64,000 nucleotides of DNA from Gammaproteobacteria bacterium (GTDB lineage Bacteria > Pseudomonadota > Gammaproteobacteria > GCA-002705445 > GCA-002716945). This document shows positions 18,051-28,383 of the stretch, in pieces. The position numbers and the translations under genes are program-made. Numbering within the stretch: the stretch's first letter is position 1; each line of letters opens with the position of its first letter. The notes below the pieces were generated by a model. That model worked only from the letters and a program-made list of their open reading frames with translations. It was not told the DNA's origin and made no database searches. The stretch spans positions 92,125 to 156,124 of the forward strand of contig JBJKYD010000010.1 of the NCBI GenBank assembly GCA_045561295.1, read 5' to 3'.

Positions 18051-19229
18051 ATGAATAATACCTTTGATATCACACAAGCTATAAAAAATTTCTTCTCAAG
18101 AGAAGAAAAATCAGGAATATTATTATTAATCTTTGCAACTCTTGCACTAATTGTAGTTAACAGCCCACTTCAAACTATTTATTTTGATATTAAGTATGCT
18201 TCGATTCCTATAAACATAGGAGATTTTAGTTTTACAAAAAGTGTTTCCCACTGGGTTAATGATGGATTGATGGCAATATTTTTCTTTGTTATAGGATTAG
18301 AACTTAAAAGAGAAATATTAGAAGGTGAACTATCAAGTTTTGATAGAATGGTACTCCCCGCAATTGCAGCAGTCGGAGGAATGGTAGCGCCAGCATTAAT
18401 CTATGTATTAATAAATTATTCAAGTCCTGAAAATATGTCAGGCTGGGCAATTCCTACAGCAACCGATATTGCTTTTTCACTAGCTGTACTCCTCATTATA
18501 GGAAAAAGCGTTCCTTTAAGTTTAAAAGTTTTTCTTTTATCGTTAGCGATCATTGATGATTTAGGAGCTGTATTAATTATCGCTTTCTTTTATACATCTG
18601 AAATCAGCACACATTATTTATTATATTCAGCCGTTATATTTTCACTTTTAATATTATTGAACATGTCAGGATCTCAGAAGATGTACATCTTTATTTTGTT
18701 AGGCATATTCTTATGGTATTTTGTTTTGAAATCAGGAATTCATGCAACAATTGCTGGTGTTCTTTTAGCAACAACGATTCCAAATAATGAGAATAATAAT
18801 TTAGAACATTCGATGCTCAAACAACTTGAACATAAGCTGCATAATTTTGTAGGCATACTTGTTTTGCCTATTTTTGCATTCTTTAATAGTGATATTAATT
18901 TTAGTGATGTAACTTTAAGCAGTGTTTACAGCCCTCTATCTTTAGGTATCATCCTTGGATTGTTAGTCGGCAAACCTATAGGCATTACACTGTTTACTTA
19001 TATTGGAATGAAAACAAACATGTTTAAACTTCCTGATAATGTGTCTTTAAAAGATATATTTGGATTGTCACTGCTATGTGGTATTGGCTTTACTATGAGC
19101 TTATTTATTAATGGTTTAGCATTTACTGATCAAATACTCGTTGATAGTAGTAAACTAGGTATATTTATAGGATCAATTGTATCAGCGGTAGCCGGTTATT
19201 TAATTTTAAAATCTAGATACAAAGCTTAA
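18051..19229 (+). CDS. nhaA: Na+/H+ antiporter NhaA (ATG at 18051 preferred over TTG at 18045)
   Basis: WVNDGLMAIFF, GWAIPTATDIAF, LAIIDDLGA, GKPIGI and LCGIGFTMSLFI; TGaTATAAT upstream. Confidence 0.96.
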   Translation: MNNTFDITQAIKNFFSREEKSGILLLIFATLALIVVNSPLQTIYFDIKYASIPINIGDFSFTKSVSHWVNDGLMAIFFFVIGLELKREILEGELSSFDRMVLPAIAAVGGMVAPALIYVLINYSSPENMSGWAIPTATDIAFSLAVLLIIGKSVPLSLKVFLLSLAIIDDLGAVLIIAFFYTSEISTHYLLYSAVIFSLLILLNMSGSQKMYIFILLGIFLWYFVLKSGIHATIAGVLLATTIPNNENNNLEHSMLKQLEHKLHNFVGILVLPIFAFFNSDINFSDVTLSSVYSPLSLGIILGLLVGKPIGITLFTYIGMKTNMFKLPDNVSLKDIFGLSLLCGIGFTMSLFINGLAFTDQILVDSSKLGIFIGSIVSAVAGYLILKSRYKA

Positions 19230-19231
19230 GA

Positions 19232-19549
19232 CTAATATGGTGTGCATTCCATACTAAGAGCTTCGGACGCTTTGGAAGGTACTACATCTAATACAAAATT
19301 AATAGAATCAAATTTTACAAGTAAATCTGGTGCAGTAAGTTCTATAGAATCTTCTGTTCTTTTTACTACAGCTAAGCTCATTCTATTTAATTTTTCATTA
19401 TCTTTTTTTAGATCAAGAATAAATACAATACGTTCCTCGTAATTATAGCAAGTAAGCTTATCGGTCATAGTTCGACCATCTGCTGCATGTGCAGCTATAG
19501 AAGGTATTATAATTATGAGTGAGAGTAATATTTCCCTTAGGTGAAGCAT
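19232..19549 (-). CDS. Small exported hypothetical protein
   Basis: 105-aa ORF filling the gap; signal peptide ending AAHA; two cysteines near the ends of the mature part. Confidence 0.6.
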   Translation of the reverse strand: MLHLREILLSLIIIIPSIAAHAADGRTMTDKLTCYNYEERIVFILDLKKDNEKLNRMSLAVVKRTEDSIELTAPDLLVKFDSINFVLDVVPSKASEALSMECTPY

Positions 19550-19591
19550 TATTAACTATTACATGTATTATCTGAGTAGACAATACTTTAA

Positions 19592-20908
19592 TTAATTACC
19601 ACCTATGGTCATATCTTTAATCATTACAGAGCCACATTTTATCTTGGAGTTCATATAGTAATCATTACCAATTTCCTCGATATTTTTGAACATATCAATC
19701 ATGTTAGAGGCAATCGTAAAATTTGTTACCGGGTATGATATCTTACCTTTTTCAATTAGGTATCCAAATGCGCCTCTTGAGTAATCACCAGTCAACATGT
19801 TTGCGCCAGAACCCATCATTTCAGTAACTAGTATTCCCTCATCTACAGATTCAATCAGATCATTCAGCATTTTTTTTGAAGATTCTATTAATATATTTGT
19901 ATACCCAGAATTACCTGTAGATCTTGACTTGAGCTGACTTGCAGAGTAGGTATCTAATAAAAAGGTATTTAGAACACCTCCTTCGATTATATTCTTTTCA
20001 GAAGTTTTAACTCCCTCACTGTCAAAAGGTTTCGTGCCGAGTCCTTCTTTAATATCTGGTTTTTCTGTAATATTGATATGACTTGCAAAAACCTGCTTAT
20101 TTAAATATTCAGATAAGAAACTATTTTTTTTATATATATTGTTTCCATTAATAGCAGATAAAAATGATGAAAATAAACCAACGGATAGTTCAGGAGTTAA
20201 AATGACAGGACATTTTCTAGTAGATATGGATTTCGCACCTAGTCTCGAGATTACTTTTTTTGCACTGAGCTTACCTATTGCTTGAGCGCTTTCCGTCTGC
20301 TCAAAGTTTCTTCGAGTTGTGTACGCATAATCTCTTTCTTTTAAACCATTCTCTTCTGCTATGACAACACAAGAAAGGGTATAGCTAGTTGAAGAATAAG
20401 ACCCTACTGCTCCATGAGAATTTAAAATTAAATTGTTCGATTGTGAGTATCCGTACTCTGAGCCTTCACTATTATTAATTCTCTTATCATAATCAAGCGC
20501 AGCTTTTTCACACTCAACGGTCATGTCTATTAATTGATTTGAACTAAATGTCTTTGGGAAATTTATATCACAATCTATATTTAATTGATTAATTAAATTA
20601 TCCTTCGCTAAGCCTTGATGCTCGTCTGTCTCGAGAAATGAAGCTATCGTTTTGCTTTTTTCAATTGTTAGTTTTATGCTCTCATCAGATAGGTTATTTG
20701 TACTCGCAACACCTTTTCTTTTACCATCGATGCATGTAACTGTAAGTGACTCATCGTTATGATATTGAATATTTTCAACATCACCAAACCTTGAAGTGAC
20801 ATCTGCACCATCTGTAGAGTTAAAGTGGAACTCATATTCTCTTTTGTTATCTAAACCGTCAATTATATTTTTTAGTTTGTCAGTAGTTTCATGAAAAGTA
20901 GCAGACAT
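19592..20908 (-). CDS. pmbA: Metalloprotease subunit PmbA (TldE)
   Basis: PFDSEG, TEMMGSGANMLTGDYSRGAFG and FTIASN motifs; follows tldD. Confidence 0.93.
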   Translation of the reverse strand: MSATFHETTDKLKNIIDGLDNKREYEFHFNSTDGADVTSRFGDVENIQYHNDESLTVTCIDGKRKGVASTNNLSDESIKLTIEKSKTIASFLETDEHQGLAKDNLINQLNIDCDINFPKTFSSNQLIDMTVECEKAALDYDKRINNSEGSEYGYSQSNNLILNSHGAVGSYSSTSYTLSCVVIAEENGLKERDYAYTTRRNFEQTESAQAIGKLSAKKVISRLGAKSISTRKCPVILTPELSVGLFSSFLSAINGNNIYKKNSFLSEYLNKQVFASHINITEKPDIKEGLGTKPFDSEGVKTSEKNIIEGGVLNTFLLDTYSASQLKSRSTGNSGYTNILIESSKKMLNDLIESVDEGILVTEMMGSGANMLTGDYSRGAFGYLIEKGKISYPVTNFTIASNMIDMFKNIEEIGNDYYMNSKIKCGSVMIKDMTIGGN

Positions 20909-20910
20909 AT

Positions 20911-22341
20911 TTATACTTCCGTTCCGCCAACAGTAATATCATCAATTTTAAGTGTCGGCTGACCAACACCAACAGGAACACTCTGTCCTTCTTTACCACA
21001 TGTACCAACACCGTCATCTAATTTCATATCATTAGCAACCATAGAAACTTTTTTTAAGACATCGGGGCCATTTCCAATCAAAGTCATCCCTTTAATCGCA
21101 TTTGTAACTTTTCCAGATTCAATCTTATACGCCTCAGATGCGGTAAATACAAATTGACCACTAGTAATATCTACTTGCCCACCAGAAAAGTTTACTGCAT
21201 AGATACCATCCTTAACACTTTCAATGATTTCATCAGCTTCTGATGTTCCGCCAAGCATATATGTGTTTGTCATACGAGGCATTGGGAGATGTGCATAGCT
21301 TTCTCTTCTGCCATTTCCAGTAGGTTTCACATCCATTAATTTTGCATTCATTAAATCTTGCATATATCCTTTTAAGATACCATTTTCAATCAAGGTATTT
21401 TTTGCGGTCGGTGTACCTTCATCATCTATAGACAAAGATCCTCGTCTATCTTTAATCGTTCCATCATCAATAACCGTACACAGATCTGATGCGACCTTTT
21501 GTCCAATCAAATCAGAAAAGTTTGATGTTTTTTTTCTATTAAAATCACCTTCTAGCCCATGTCCAACAGCTTCATGTAACAGTACACCTGGCCATCCTGA
21601 ACCTAAAACCACCGTAGTATTTCCTGCCTTACATGGCTCAGAAGTTAGATTCACATCAGCAATTCTTATGGCTTCATCAGCCAGCTCATAGGGTCTTTTT
21701 GTATCTAGTAACATTGGATAAGTGTATCTTCCACCACCACCTGCACTTCCACGCTCAACTCTATCTCCAGATTTCAATATGACCATTACATTAAACCTAA
21801 CTAGTGGTCTATCATCAAAACTATATGTCCCAAGAGAATTTGCAACAAAAATTGAATCAAAGCTGGAGCTAAGGTTAATTATTACCTGCTCAACTCTCTT
21901 GTCTTTATTTTTAATATAGTTATTAATTTCTCTAAGAAAGTTTACCTTCTGATCATCGGTTACAGATGCAAGTGGGGATTCTGAAATATATAGTTTTTCA
22001 AAATCTGAATATTCTTTTAAATTTAATGATTGTGATGAATTTGATTTGATAATTGATTTCGATAATTTAGCCGCTTTCATAATTTCATTAAAGTTGAAAT
22101 TATTTCCGTATGAAAAACCTGTTTTTTCATTACTTATTGATCTTATACCGTATCCACTATCTATATGTTGAGAACCACTTTTGACTATACCGTCTTCACA
22201 TGTCCAGCTTTCAACCGTTGTGTACTGCATATATAAATCAGATAAATCAATTGATGGGCCTGAAGATTCTGCGATTATATCTTCAATCTTATTGAAGTTA
22301 AGTTTATTTTCTTCAAATATGTAGTCTTTAATTATGTTCAT
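20911..22341 (-). CDS. tldD: Metalloprotease TldD
   Basis: GWPGVLLHEAVGHGLEGDFNRK, PMPRMTNTYM and CGKEGQSVPVGVGQPT motifs. Confidence 0.97.
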   Translation of the reverse strand: MNIIKDYIFEENKLNFNKIEDIIAESSGPSIDLSDLYMQYTTVESWTCEDGIVKSGSQHIDSGYGIRSISNEKTGFSYGNNFNFNEIMKAAKLSKSIIKSNSSQSLNLKEYSDFEKLYISESPLASVTDDQKVNFLREINNYIKNKDKRVEQVIINLSSSFDSIFVANSLGTYSFDDRPLVRFNVMVILKSGDRVERGSAGGGGRYTYPMLLDTKRPYELADEAIRIADVNLTSEPCKAGNTTVVLGSGWPGVLLHEAVGHGLEGDFNRKKTSNFSDLIGQKVASDLCTVIDDGTIKDRRGSLSIDDEGTPTAKNTLIENGILKGYMQDLMNAKLMDVKPTGNGRRESYAHLPMPRMTNTYMLGGTSEADEIIESVKDGIYAVNFSGGQVDITSGQFVFTASEAYKIESGKVTNAIKGMTLIGNGPDVLKKVSMVANDMKLDDGVGTCGKEGQSVPVGVGQPTLKIDDITVGGTEV

Positions 22342-23159
22342 TTTTTATTAATCAGTTTCATGTGTTCTAAAACTGGAAAATTTTCTCTTATTGATTTTAG
22401 TTGTGATAAATCTATATCGCTACTTATAAAACCTTTTCCCTTTTCAAGTATATCTAAAGTTTGACCCCATGGATTAACTATCATGGTGTGACCAAACGTT
22501 TTCTTGCCGTTTATATGGTAACCGCCTTGGCATGAAGATACAACAAAAGAGAGGTTCTCTATAGCCCTAGCTTTAATAAGTGTTTCCCAGTGTACCTTCC
22601 CAGTTTGTTCGGTAAATGATGCAGGCAAAATAATAACATCAACTTTTTGTTCTTGTTGTAATCTAAATAGTTCTGGAAATCTTAAATCATAACAACAGGC
22701 TATGCCTGCTCGACCGATTGGAGTATCAATAACTTCAATCATATCTCCTGGCATAAAATATTTAGACTCATTATAAGATTCTTTTGATTTTGGAAGAGTT
22801 ACATCAAAGAGATGAATTTTATTGTACAAGGATACTTGTTTTCCTTTTTCATTATAGGTAATAGTACTAGCCATGACTCGATCTTTATCTTTGGATTTTA
22901 TAGGTATTGTTCCGCCAACAATCCAAATTTTATAAGTACTTGCAAGGTCAGATAAATAATTTTGTATCTGCCCGTCACCTAGATCTTCAGCATGTTTAAT
23001 ATAATCGGCATCATTTTCAGGCATTAGAGCAAAATTCTCTGGAAGGACAACCATCTTTGATCCAAGATCAGCTATCTGTTCTATAAATGTTTTCACATCG
23101 TACAAATTGACCTTCACATTAGGTCCAGAATTAAGCTGTATTGCAGATACCTTAGACAT
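22338..23159 (-). CDS. Carbon-nitrogen hydrolase, Nit1-like (deaminated glutathione amidase type)
   Basis: Catalytic triad contexts LPENF, YNKIHLFDV and CYDLRFPEL; conserved position between yhdP and tldD. Confidence 0.92.
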   Translation of the reverse strand: MSKVSAIQLNSGPNVKVNLYDVKTFIEQIADLGSKMVVLPENFALMPENDADYIKHAEDLGDGQIQNYLSDLASTYKIWIVGGTIPIKSKDKDRVMASTITYNEKGKQVSLYNKIHLFDVTLPKSKESYNESKYFMPGDMIEVIDTPIGRAGIACCYDLRFPELFRLQQEQKVDVIILPASFTEQTGKVHWETLIKARAIENLSFVVSSCQGGYHINGKKTFGHTMIVNPWGQTLDILEKGKGFISSDIDLSQLKSIRENFPVLEHMKLINKK

Positions 23160-23173
23160 CTGTCTAGGATATA

Positions 23174-26158
23174 TTAATTGATGATAGGTTTAAACGATTG
23201 GGTTACTTTAATTTCAGGGTCGCTCCAAGGACCTTTTATAGAGTATTCAATTCCTGCAAGTTTATTTGTATCAACTCCAAATTCCTTGAGGAGTTTGTCA
23301 TAAAATATTGAAGCGGCGGCACCTATTGGCCCACCTATAACTGCTCCTGTAACAAGACTTGTAGAAGATAGATCAGGTATAAAGATAAGGACTTGGTTAT
23401 GTGTTTGATTGATAAGGTCTGATTTGCCAGATAATCTCATTTCACCGAAACTCCCAGTTATCGTCATTTTTTTTGTATCTGCTATTCCTGAATTTAGATC
23501 AATCTCTGTATTAAGATTATCAAAACTAAGTCCTGTAGAAAAAAAATCTGAGAAATCTAAAGATAGTCTTTTTGGTATTGATGATATGCTAAATAATCCT
23601 AAAACTTGACCGAGGGCTTGAGTCCCCTTGTCTAATTCATTTATTTGTCCCTTTTCAATATTGAATTTCAGAGTACCTATTGTTTTTGAGAAACCAAAAT
23701 CCTGAATAGAGCCTTCCCATGTCCCAGATAATTCAGCTTGTAATTTTCCACCTTTAATAGTGTCAGGATAGCCAAGTGTTTTTAGAGCAAGACCAAAATT
23801 ATCACTTTTAATGTCTGCAAATAACTCTGTTCTGATTTTATCTTTAATGAACCATTTGCCAGATGATGTCATTTCTAAATGGTTATTTTTAAAATTAAGT
23901 TTAGTTATTTCTATATATTCATTCATCGGTATCATAATAAGATTAAAATTATCGAAAACTAAATTATTAGATTTTAAATATTTAGCTTTAATATTTATTT
24001 TTGGCAATGAAGCAAGAAAATTACCTCCAGCAAAAAAACTTGTATCAATATACTCAAATGATCCATTCAGAACTTCATCTTTATCTAAGGCTTTAGGATA
24101 TTTTATAAATCCTCTTGCTGCAGGTGATTTAATCTTAAGATAGAAATATTTCGATTCATTTTTAATTTCTAAATTATGTTTATCTACTGATATTTTTATT
24201 GGATATGAAACTGAAGAGGAGTATTGATAATTTAAAATAGTACTAAGTTTTTCTTCAGGTTTTTTTATAGATGATTGGTAAATATCAATGGATACTCCCT
24301 CTAAATCACTGGAGGCATATAAATTTATCTCTCCATTTTTTTTATTATAGGATATTTTAGATTTAACCAAAGATTTTCCCTTGATTATATTATTATCAAT
24401 CATAGATAGTTTAGTTAAAAGAGCAGTATCAATTTTTCCTAATGACGACATGATATATTCATAAGTCTTTGGTTTGATATTAGTATCTATACTGGATGTT
24501 TGATTCTGATTATTTAAGCTTAACGTGAACTTATTTGATTTAATCATATTAGATGAATGAAATAAGTCTATTTTATCTGAAGATAAATAAACGGAATCAA
24601 AATTATTTAGATAAAAGTTTCTTATTTTCGTTTTAGCGAAAATCTTATTATTATGATAGTAAATATTACTATTGAAGCTACCAGAGATTTCCAATTTATC
24701 TTTTTCTATACCAGAATAAATAGTTCGTTTAATTTCTTTAACACTACTTAAAAGTTCGATCTTTAATGATGGATATTTTGATATTTTCTTGCCACTGATT
24801 GATATCCGATGGCCATTTTCATCCTCAAGATTATTGCTACTAAAGTATATTGATTTCCCTCTTATATTATAAGTAATGGATCCATTCATTTTGTCTATTG
24901 AATTAGTCATATTATTACTCATAGAAACACTATTTATATTCATTCTTCCCTTCTTTAGATCTCCATGCATATCAAAAGATATGTCATTTAACTGATATTG
25001 TTCATTAAGTTCAAATAGCGGGCTATCAACTGTAAAAGAGAAATAATTCAAAATATCTTTGTTGGATGTATGTATTTGAAGATTTTTTATACTGGGATTT
25101 TTCAACTTAGACAGATAATCATAATTAAATAAGTTAGCCTTTTTTGATAGAACATCAATAATCTGATAGCTATCTTTCTTAATAAATACCTTTATCTGTT
25201 TAGATTTAGTCTTACTAACTACAATTTTGTTATCATTTATTTTTTTATCATTTAGAAGATAATTAAGTCTCATAAGACTAAGTGTCTCTAATGTTTTATT
25301 TTTAACATAAAGAATATCACTGTTGACGTTTTTTATTTTAAGATTTCTGAGAGGGAGTTTTACATCCAGTTGGCTAGCAGTAATATTGCCAGCTAGTTTC
25401 TCTATTTTCATATTGTTTAAATCCATCCATACTCTAAAAGAAATACGGTCAGATTTTATTTGTTTTAAAGATGCAGGCAACATGTCATATGGTAATTTCA
25501 CAGAGTTCCCGCTTAGATACACCTTACTTAGATTATTATCATCTTCTTTTTTTGCATGATATATGAACGTAATAGGATCTAGACTTGATTTATGGAAAAA
25601 ATTTGCATTGATAGTAAGCAAATTATTAAAACTACTGACTATTAAAGTATTAATTTTAAAATTTATAGTGTTATTTATACTTTTATCATTCAGCTTGACT
25701 GTCGAGTTTTTAAGAATTATTTTAGGGATAACTGTATTACCAGTTTTATTAATCTCATCCATAAAACTTAAGTTGTTTATAGAGATCTTTGAATTATCCC
25801 GTGTAAGAATTATAGAAGTATCATTAACAATAATTTCACTGATATTCATCGACCTTTGAAATAAGCTTTGTAACAAATCTATTCGAAATATACTAATAGG
25901 TGTATCTAGAATAATATTATTTTTTTTATCGTTGATTTTTAACTTTGATATATGAATATTTGGATTAATGCCTTCCCATTTAACTTTGACTGAATCAATT
26001 TTAGAAATAACATTATAATTATCAAGAAACTCTCTCTCTATAGTATTAGACAGTTTTTGATTAAAAGTAGATGTGTTTTCTGAGATGAATACTAAAGCAG
26101 AAAATGAGAAAAGTAAGATAATTATGATATTGAAGAATATTTTAATAATATTCTGCAT
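23174..26158 (-). CDS. yhdP: YhdP/AsmA-like phospholipid bridge protein
   Basis: N-terminal TM anchor, long beta-rich body, C-terminal PKRLSLDFSD, GGPIGAAA and YSIKGPWSDP; synteny with nit-tldD. Confidence 0.88.
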   Translation of the reverse strand: MQNIIKIFFNIIIILLFSFSALVFISENTSTFNQKLSNTIEREFLDNYNVISKIDSVKVKWEGINPNIHISKLKINDKKNNIILDTPISIFRIDLLQSLFQRSMNISEIIVNDTSIILTRDNSKISINNLSFMDEINKTGNTVIPKIILKNSTVKLNDKSINNTINFKINTLIVSSFNNLLTINANFFHKSSLDPITFIYHAKKEDDNNLSKVYLSGNSVKLPYDMLPASLKQIKSDRISFRVWMDLNNMKIEKLAGNITASQLDVKLPLRNLKIKNVNSDILYVKNKTLETLSLMRLNYLLNDKKINDNKIVVSKTKSKQIKVFIKKDSYQIIDVLSKKANLFNYDYLSKLKNPSIKNLQIHTSNKDILNYFSFTVDSPLFELNEQYQLNDISFDMHGDLKKGRMNINSVSMSNNMTNSIDKMNGSITYNIRGKSIYFSSNNLEDENGHRISISGKKISKYPSLKIELLSSVKEIKRTIYSGIEKDKLEISGSFNSNIYYHNNKIFAKTKIRNFYLNNFDSVYLSSDKIDLFHSSNMIKSNKFTLSLNNQNQTSSIDTNIKPKTYEYIMSSLGKIDTALLTKLSMIDNNIIKGKSLVKSKISYNKKNGEINLYASSDLEGVSIDIYQSSIKKPEEKLSTILNYQYSSSVSYPIKISVDKHNLEIKNESKYFYLKIKSPAARGFIKYPKALDKDEVLNGSFEYIDTSFFAGGNFLASLPKINIKAKYLKSNNLVFDNFNLIMIPMNEYIEITKLNFKNNHLEMTSSGKWFIKDKIRTELFADIKSDNFGLALKTLGYPDTIKGGKLQAELSGTWEGSIQDFGFSKTIGTLKFNIEKGQINELDKGTQALGQVLGLFSISSIPKRLSLDFSDFFSTGLSFDNLNTEIDLNSGIADTKKMTITGSFGEMRLSGKSDLINQTHNQVLIFIPDLSSTSLVTGAVIGGPIGAAASIFYDKLLKEFGVDTNKLAGIEYSIKGPWSDPEIKVTQSFKPIIN

Positions 26159-26160
26159 AT

Positions 26161-26496
26161 TTAAATCATATTTTCATTATTTAAGCTTTCATCCCAAAGC
26201 TTTTCAAGAGAATAAAATTCCCTTGTTTCCGGATGCATGACATGAACTAGTACGTCACCAAAATCAATCAGTATCCATTCTGACTTTGAATACCCTTCTA
26301 TACCTATAGGTTTAATCTTTGTTTTTTTTAGTTTCTTTATTATATTATCTGATATTGACTTAACGTGTCTTGTGGATCTTCCTGATGCTATAATCATAGT
26401 ATCAGTCACAGATGATTTATTTTTAACATTTAAAGATATAATATCTTCTGCTTTGAGTTCCTCTAATATTGAATTTATCTCATCGTTTAAAATCAT
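26161..26496 (-). CDS. rsfS: Ribosome silencing factor
   Basis: KAEDI, SGRSTRHV and WILIDFGDVLVHVMHPETREFYSLEKLW motifs. Confidence 0.96.
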   Translation of the reverse strand: MILNDEINSILEELKAEDIISLNVKNKSSVTDTMIIASGRSTRHVKSISDNIIKKLKKTKIKPIGIEGYSKSEWILIDFGDVLVHVMHPETREFYSLEKLWDESLNNENMI

Positions 26497-27149
26497 CTAT
26501 ATAATCCTTTATCAAGTATATATTTATTATTTTCGTTAGATACGTAATTCATAATAGATTCATTCCTACTGACATGCTCCCTGACCATTGTTGAAGATAT
26601 AATTGATTTATGTTTTTGAGAAAAATATATCTTTCCACATTTAGTTTTATTAAATAAATTAATATTTTCTTCAAGTAAACTTTTTATATGTTCCATATTA
26701 TCATATCTTAAAATATTATCCCTAACCAACACTACAATATTTACTATCTTCATAATTTCATGGTACTTATACCATTTAGTAAATGATATAAAATTATCTT
26801 CACCAATAATAAGTCGTAATTTGTTTTGTGGATATAATTCTTCGAAATATTTCAATGTATTAAACGAATATGAAATATCTGGTGATTTTAATTCATAATC
26901 ATCAATACTTAAGGACTTATCTTGAGCTGTTGCATTTTCTAACATTTTTAGTCTGTCAGATTTATTAGCTTTAAAAACTTTACCCACAGGTGATGTTCCG
27001 GTCGGAACGTAGATAATTTTATCTAGTTCGAAATGATTCTTAATTTTTAAGGGTATATCTATATGAGCATTATGCACAGGATCAAATGATCCTAAATATA
27101 GACCTATGATAGACTGTTTAATTTCGTATGACTCCTCTACTATTAACAA
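26493..27149 (-). CDS. nadD: Nicotinate-nucleotide adenylyltransferase (start codon uncertain)
   Basis: GSFDPVHNAH, SYSFNTL, IIGEDNF, W and ISSTMVR motifs; proA-nadD-rsfS synteny. Confidence 0.92.
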   Translation of the reverse strand: MLIVEESYEIKQSIIGLYLGSFDPVHNAHIDIPLKIKNHFELDKIIYVPTGTSPVGKVFKANKSDRLKMLENATAQDKSLSIDDYELKSPDISYSFNTLKYFEELYPQNKLRLIIGEDNFISFTKWYKYHEIMKIVNIVVLVRDNILRYDNMEHIKSLLEENINLFNKTKCGKIYFSQKHKSIISSTMVREHVSRNESIMNYVSNENNKYILDKGLYR

Positions 27150-28383
27150 TATATTTTAGATTTGTTAATCCCTCTAGTCCAACTGGACCGCGAGCATGTA
27201 TTTTATCTGTACTAATTCCAATTTCAGCACCTAATCCATATTCATATCCGTCTGCAAATCTAGTTGACGTATTAACCATCACAGAACTAGAATCAACCTC
27301 TCTGAGAAACTTGTCTTGAGTATTTTTGTTTTTTGATATTATAGCCTCAGTATGTTTACTTCCATACTTTTCAATGTGTGATATCGCATCGTCAATACTA
27401 GGAACAATTTTTACAGATATTATTGGTTTCAAATATTCCTCATACCAATCAGACTCTTTTGCACTTTTTATCTTAGGATGTAATTTCTTTGTTTGACTAC
27501 ATCCTCTAATCTCAACTTTATGCCCTTCTAATATATGAAGAATTTCTTTGATATAAGATTTTGGAAAACTCTTATGAATTAATAATGACTCTGCAGCATT
27601 GCACACACCATACCTTTGAGTCTTAGAGTTTATTGTACATGACATTGCTGTTTTAAAGTCAGCGTCCTTATCAATATATACGTGACAATTACCATCAAGA
27701 TGCTTAATTACTGGAATCTTAGATTCTTCTGATACTTTTTTAATTAGGCCTTTCCCGCCACGAGGTATTATAACATCGATAAAAGAGTCCATTTTCAAAA
27801 GCTCACTAACAGCAACCCTATCTATAGTCTTAACAATTTGAACCATATCTGCTGATACCTTACTCTCAAGAAGTGCTTTTTTGATAAGACTAGATAATAT
27901 TAAATTACTATTTATCGCTTCACTGCCTCCTCTAAGGATAATACTATTACCCGATTTTAAAGATAACCCTGCAGCATCAATTGTAACATTTGGTCTTGAT
28001 TCGTAAATCATAGCAATAACACCCAGAGGAACTCTCATTTGCTCGACAGTTATTCCACTGGATTGTCTAGATTTATTGATTTTTTTATAGAGTGTATCTG
28101 GTATTGTGTTTATTTCTTCGAGTCCATTTATCATAGTTTTAATTCTACTGCTATTAATAAGAAGTCTATCTATAAGTGCATCTGAAAGGTTATTTTGCTT
28201 TGCTAGTTTTATATCGATTGAGTTTTTCTTAATAATTGTTAGATTGTTATTCTTTAAATTCTTAATAACTTTTTTGATTATCATTACTCGTTGAATACTA
28301 GAAAGTGATCTAGCTGCCATGGCCGCGCGCTGAGATGCCACACAAATACCTTTTATATATTTTTTTATGTCAGTTTTATTCAT
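27118..28383 (-). CDS. proA: Gamma-glutamyl phosphate reductase
   Basis: PLGVIAMIYESRPNVT, CNAAESLL, NTSTRFADG and GAEIGISTDKIHARGPVGLEGL motifs. Confidence 0.97.
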   Translation of the reverse strand: MNKTDIKKYIKGICVASQRAAMAARSLSSIQRVMIIKKVIKNLKNNNLTIIKKNSIDIKLAKQNNLSDALIDRLLINSSRIKTMINGLEEINTIPDTLYKKINKSRQSSGITVEQMRVPLGVIAMIYESRPNVTIDAAGLSLKSGNSIILRGGSEAINSNLILSSLIKKALLESKVSADMVQIVKTIDRVAVSELLKMDSFIDVIIPRGGKGLIKKVSEESKIPVIKHLDGNCHVYIDKDADFKTAMSCTINSKTQRYGVCNAAESLLIHKSFPKSYIKEILHILEGHKVEIRGCSQTKKLHPKIKSAKESDWYEEYLKPIISVKIVPSIDDAISHIEKYGSKHTEAIISKNKNTQDKFLREVDSSSVMVNTSTRFADGYEYGLGAEIGISTDKIHARGPVGLEGLTNLKYIVNSRGVIRN

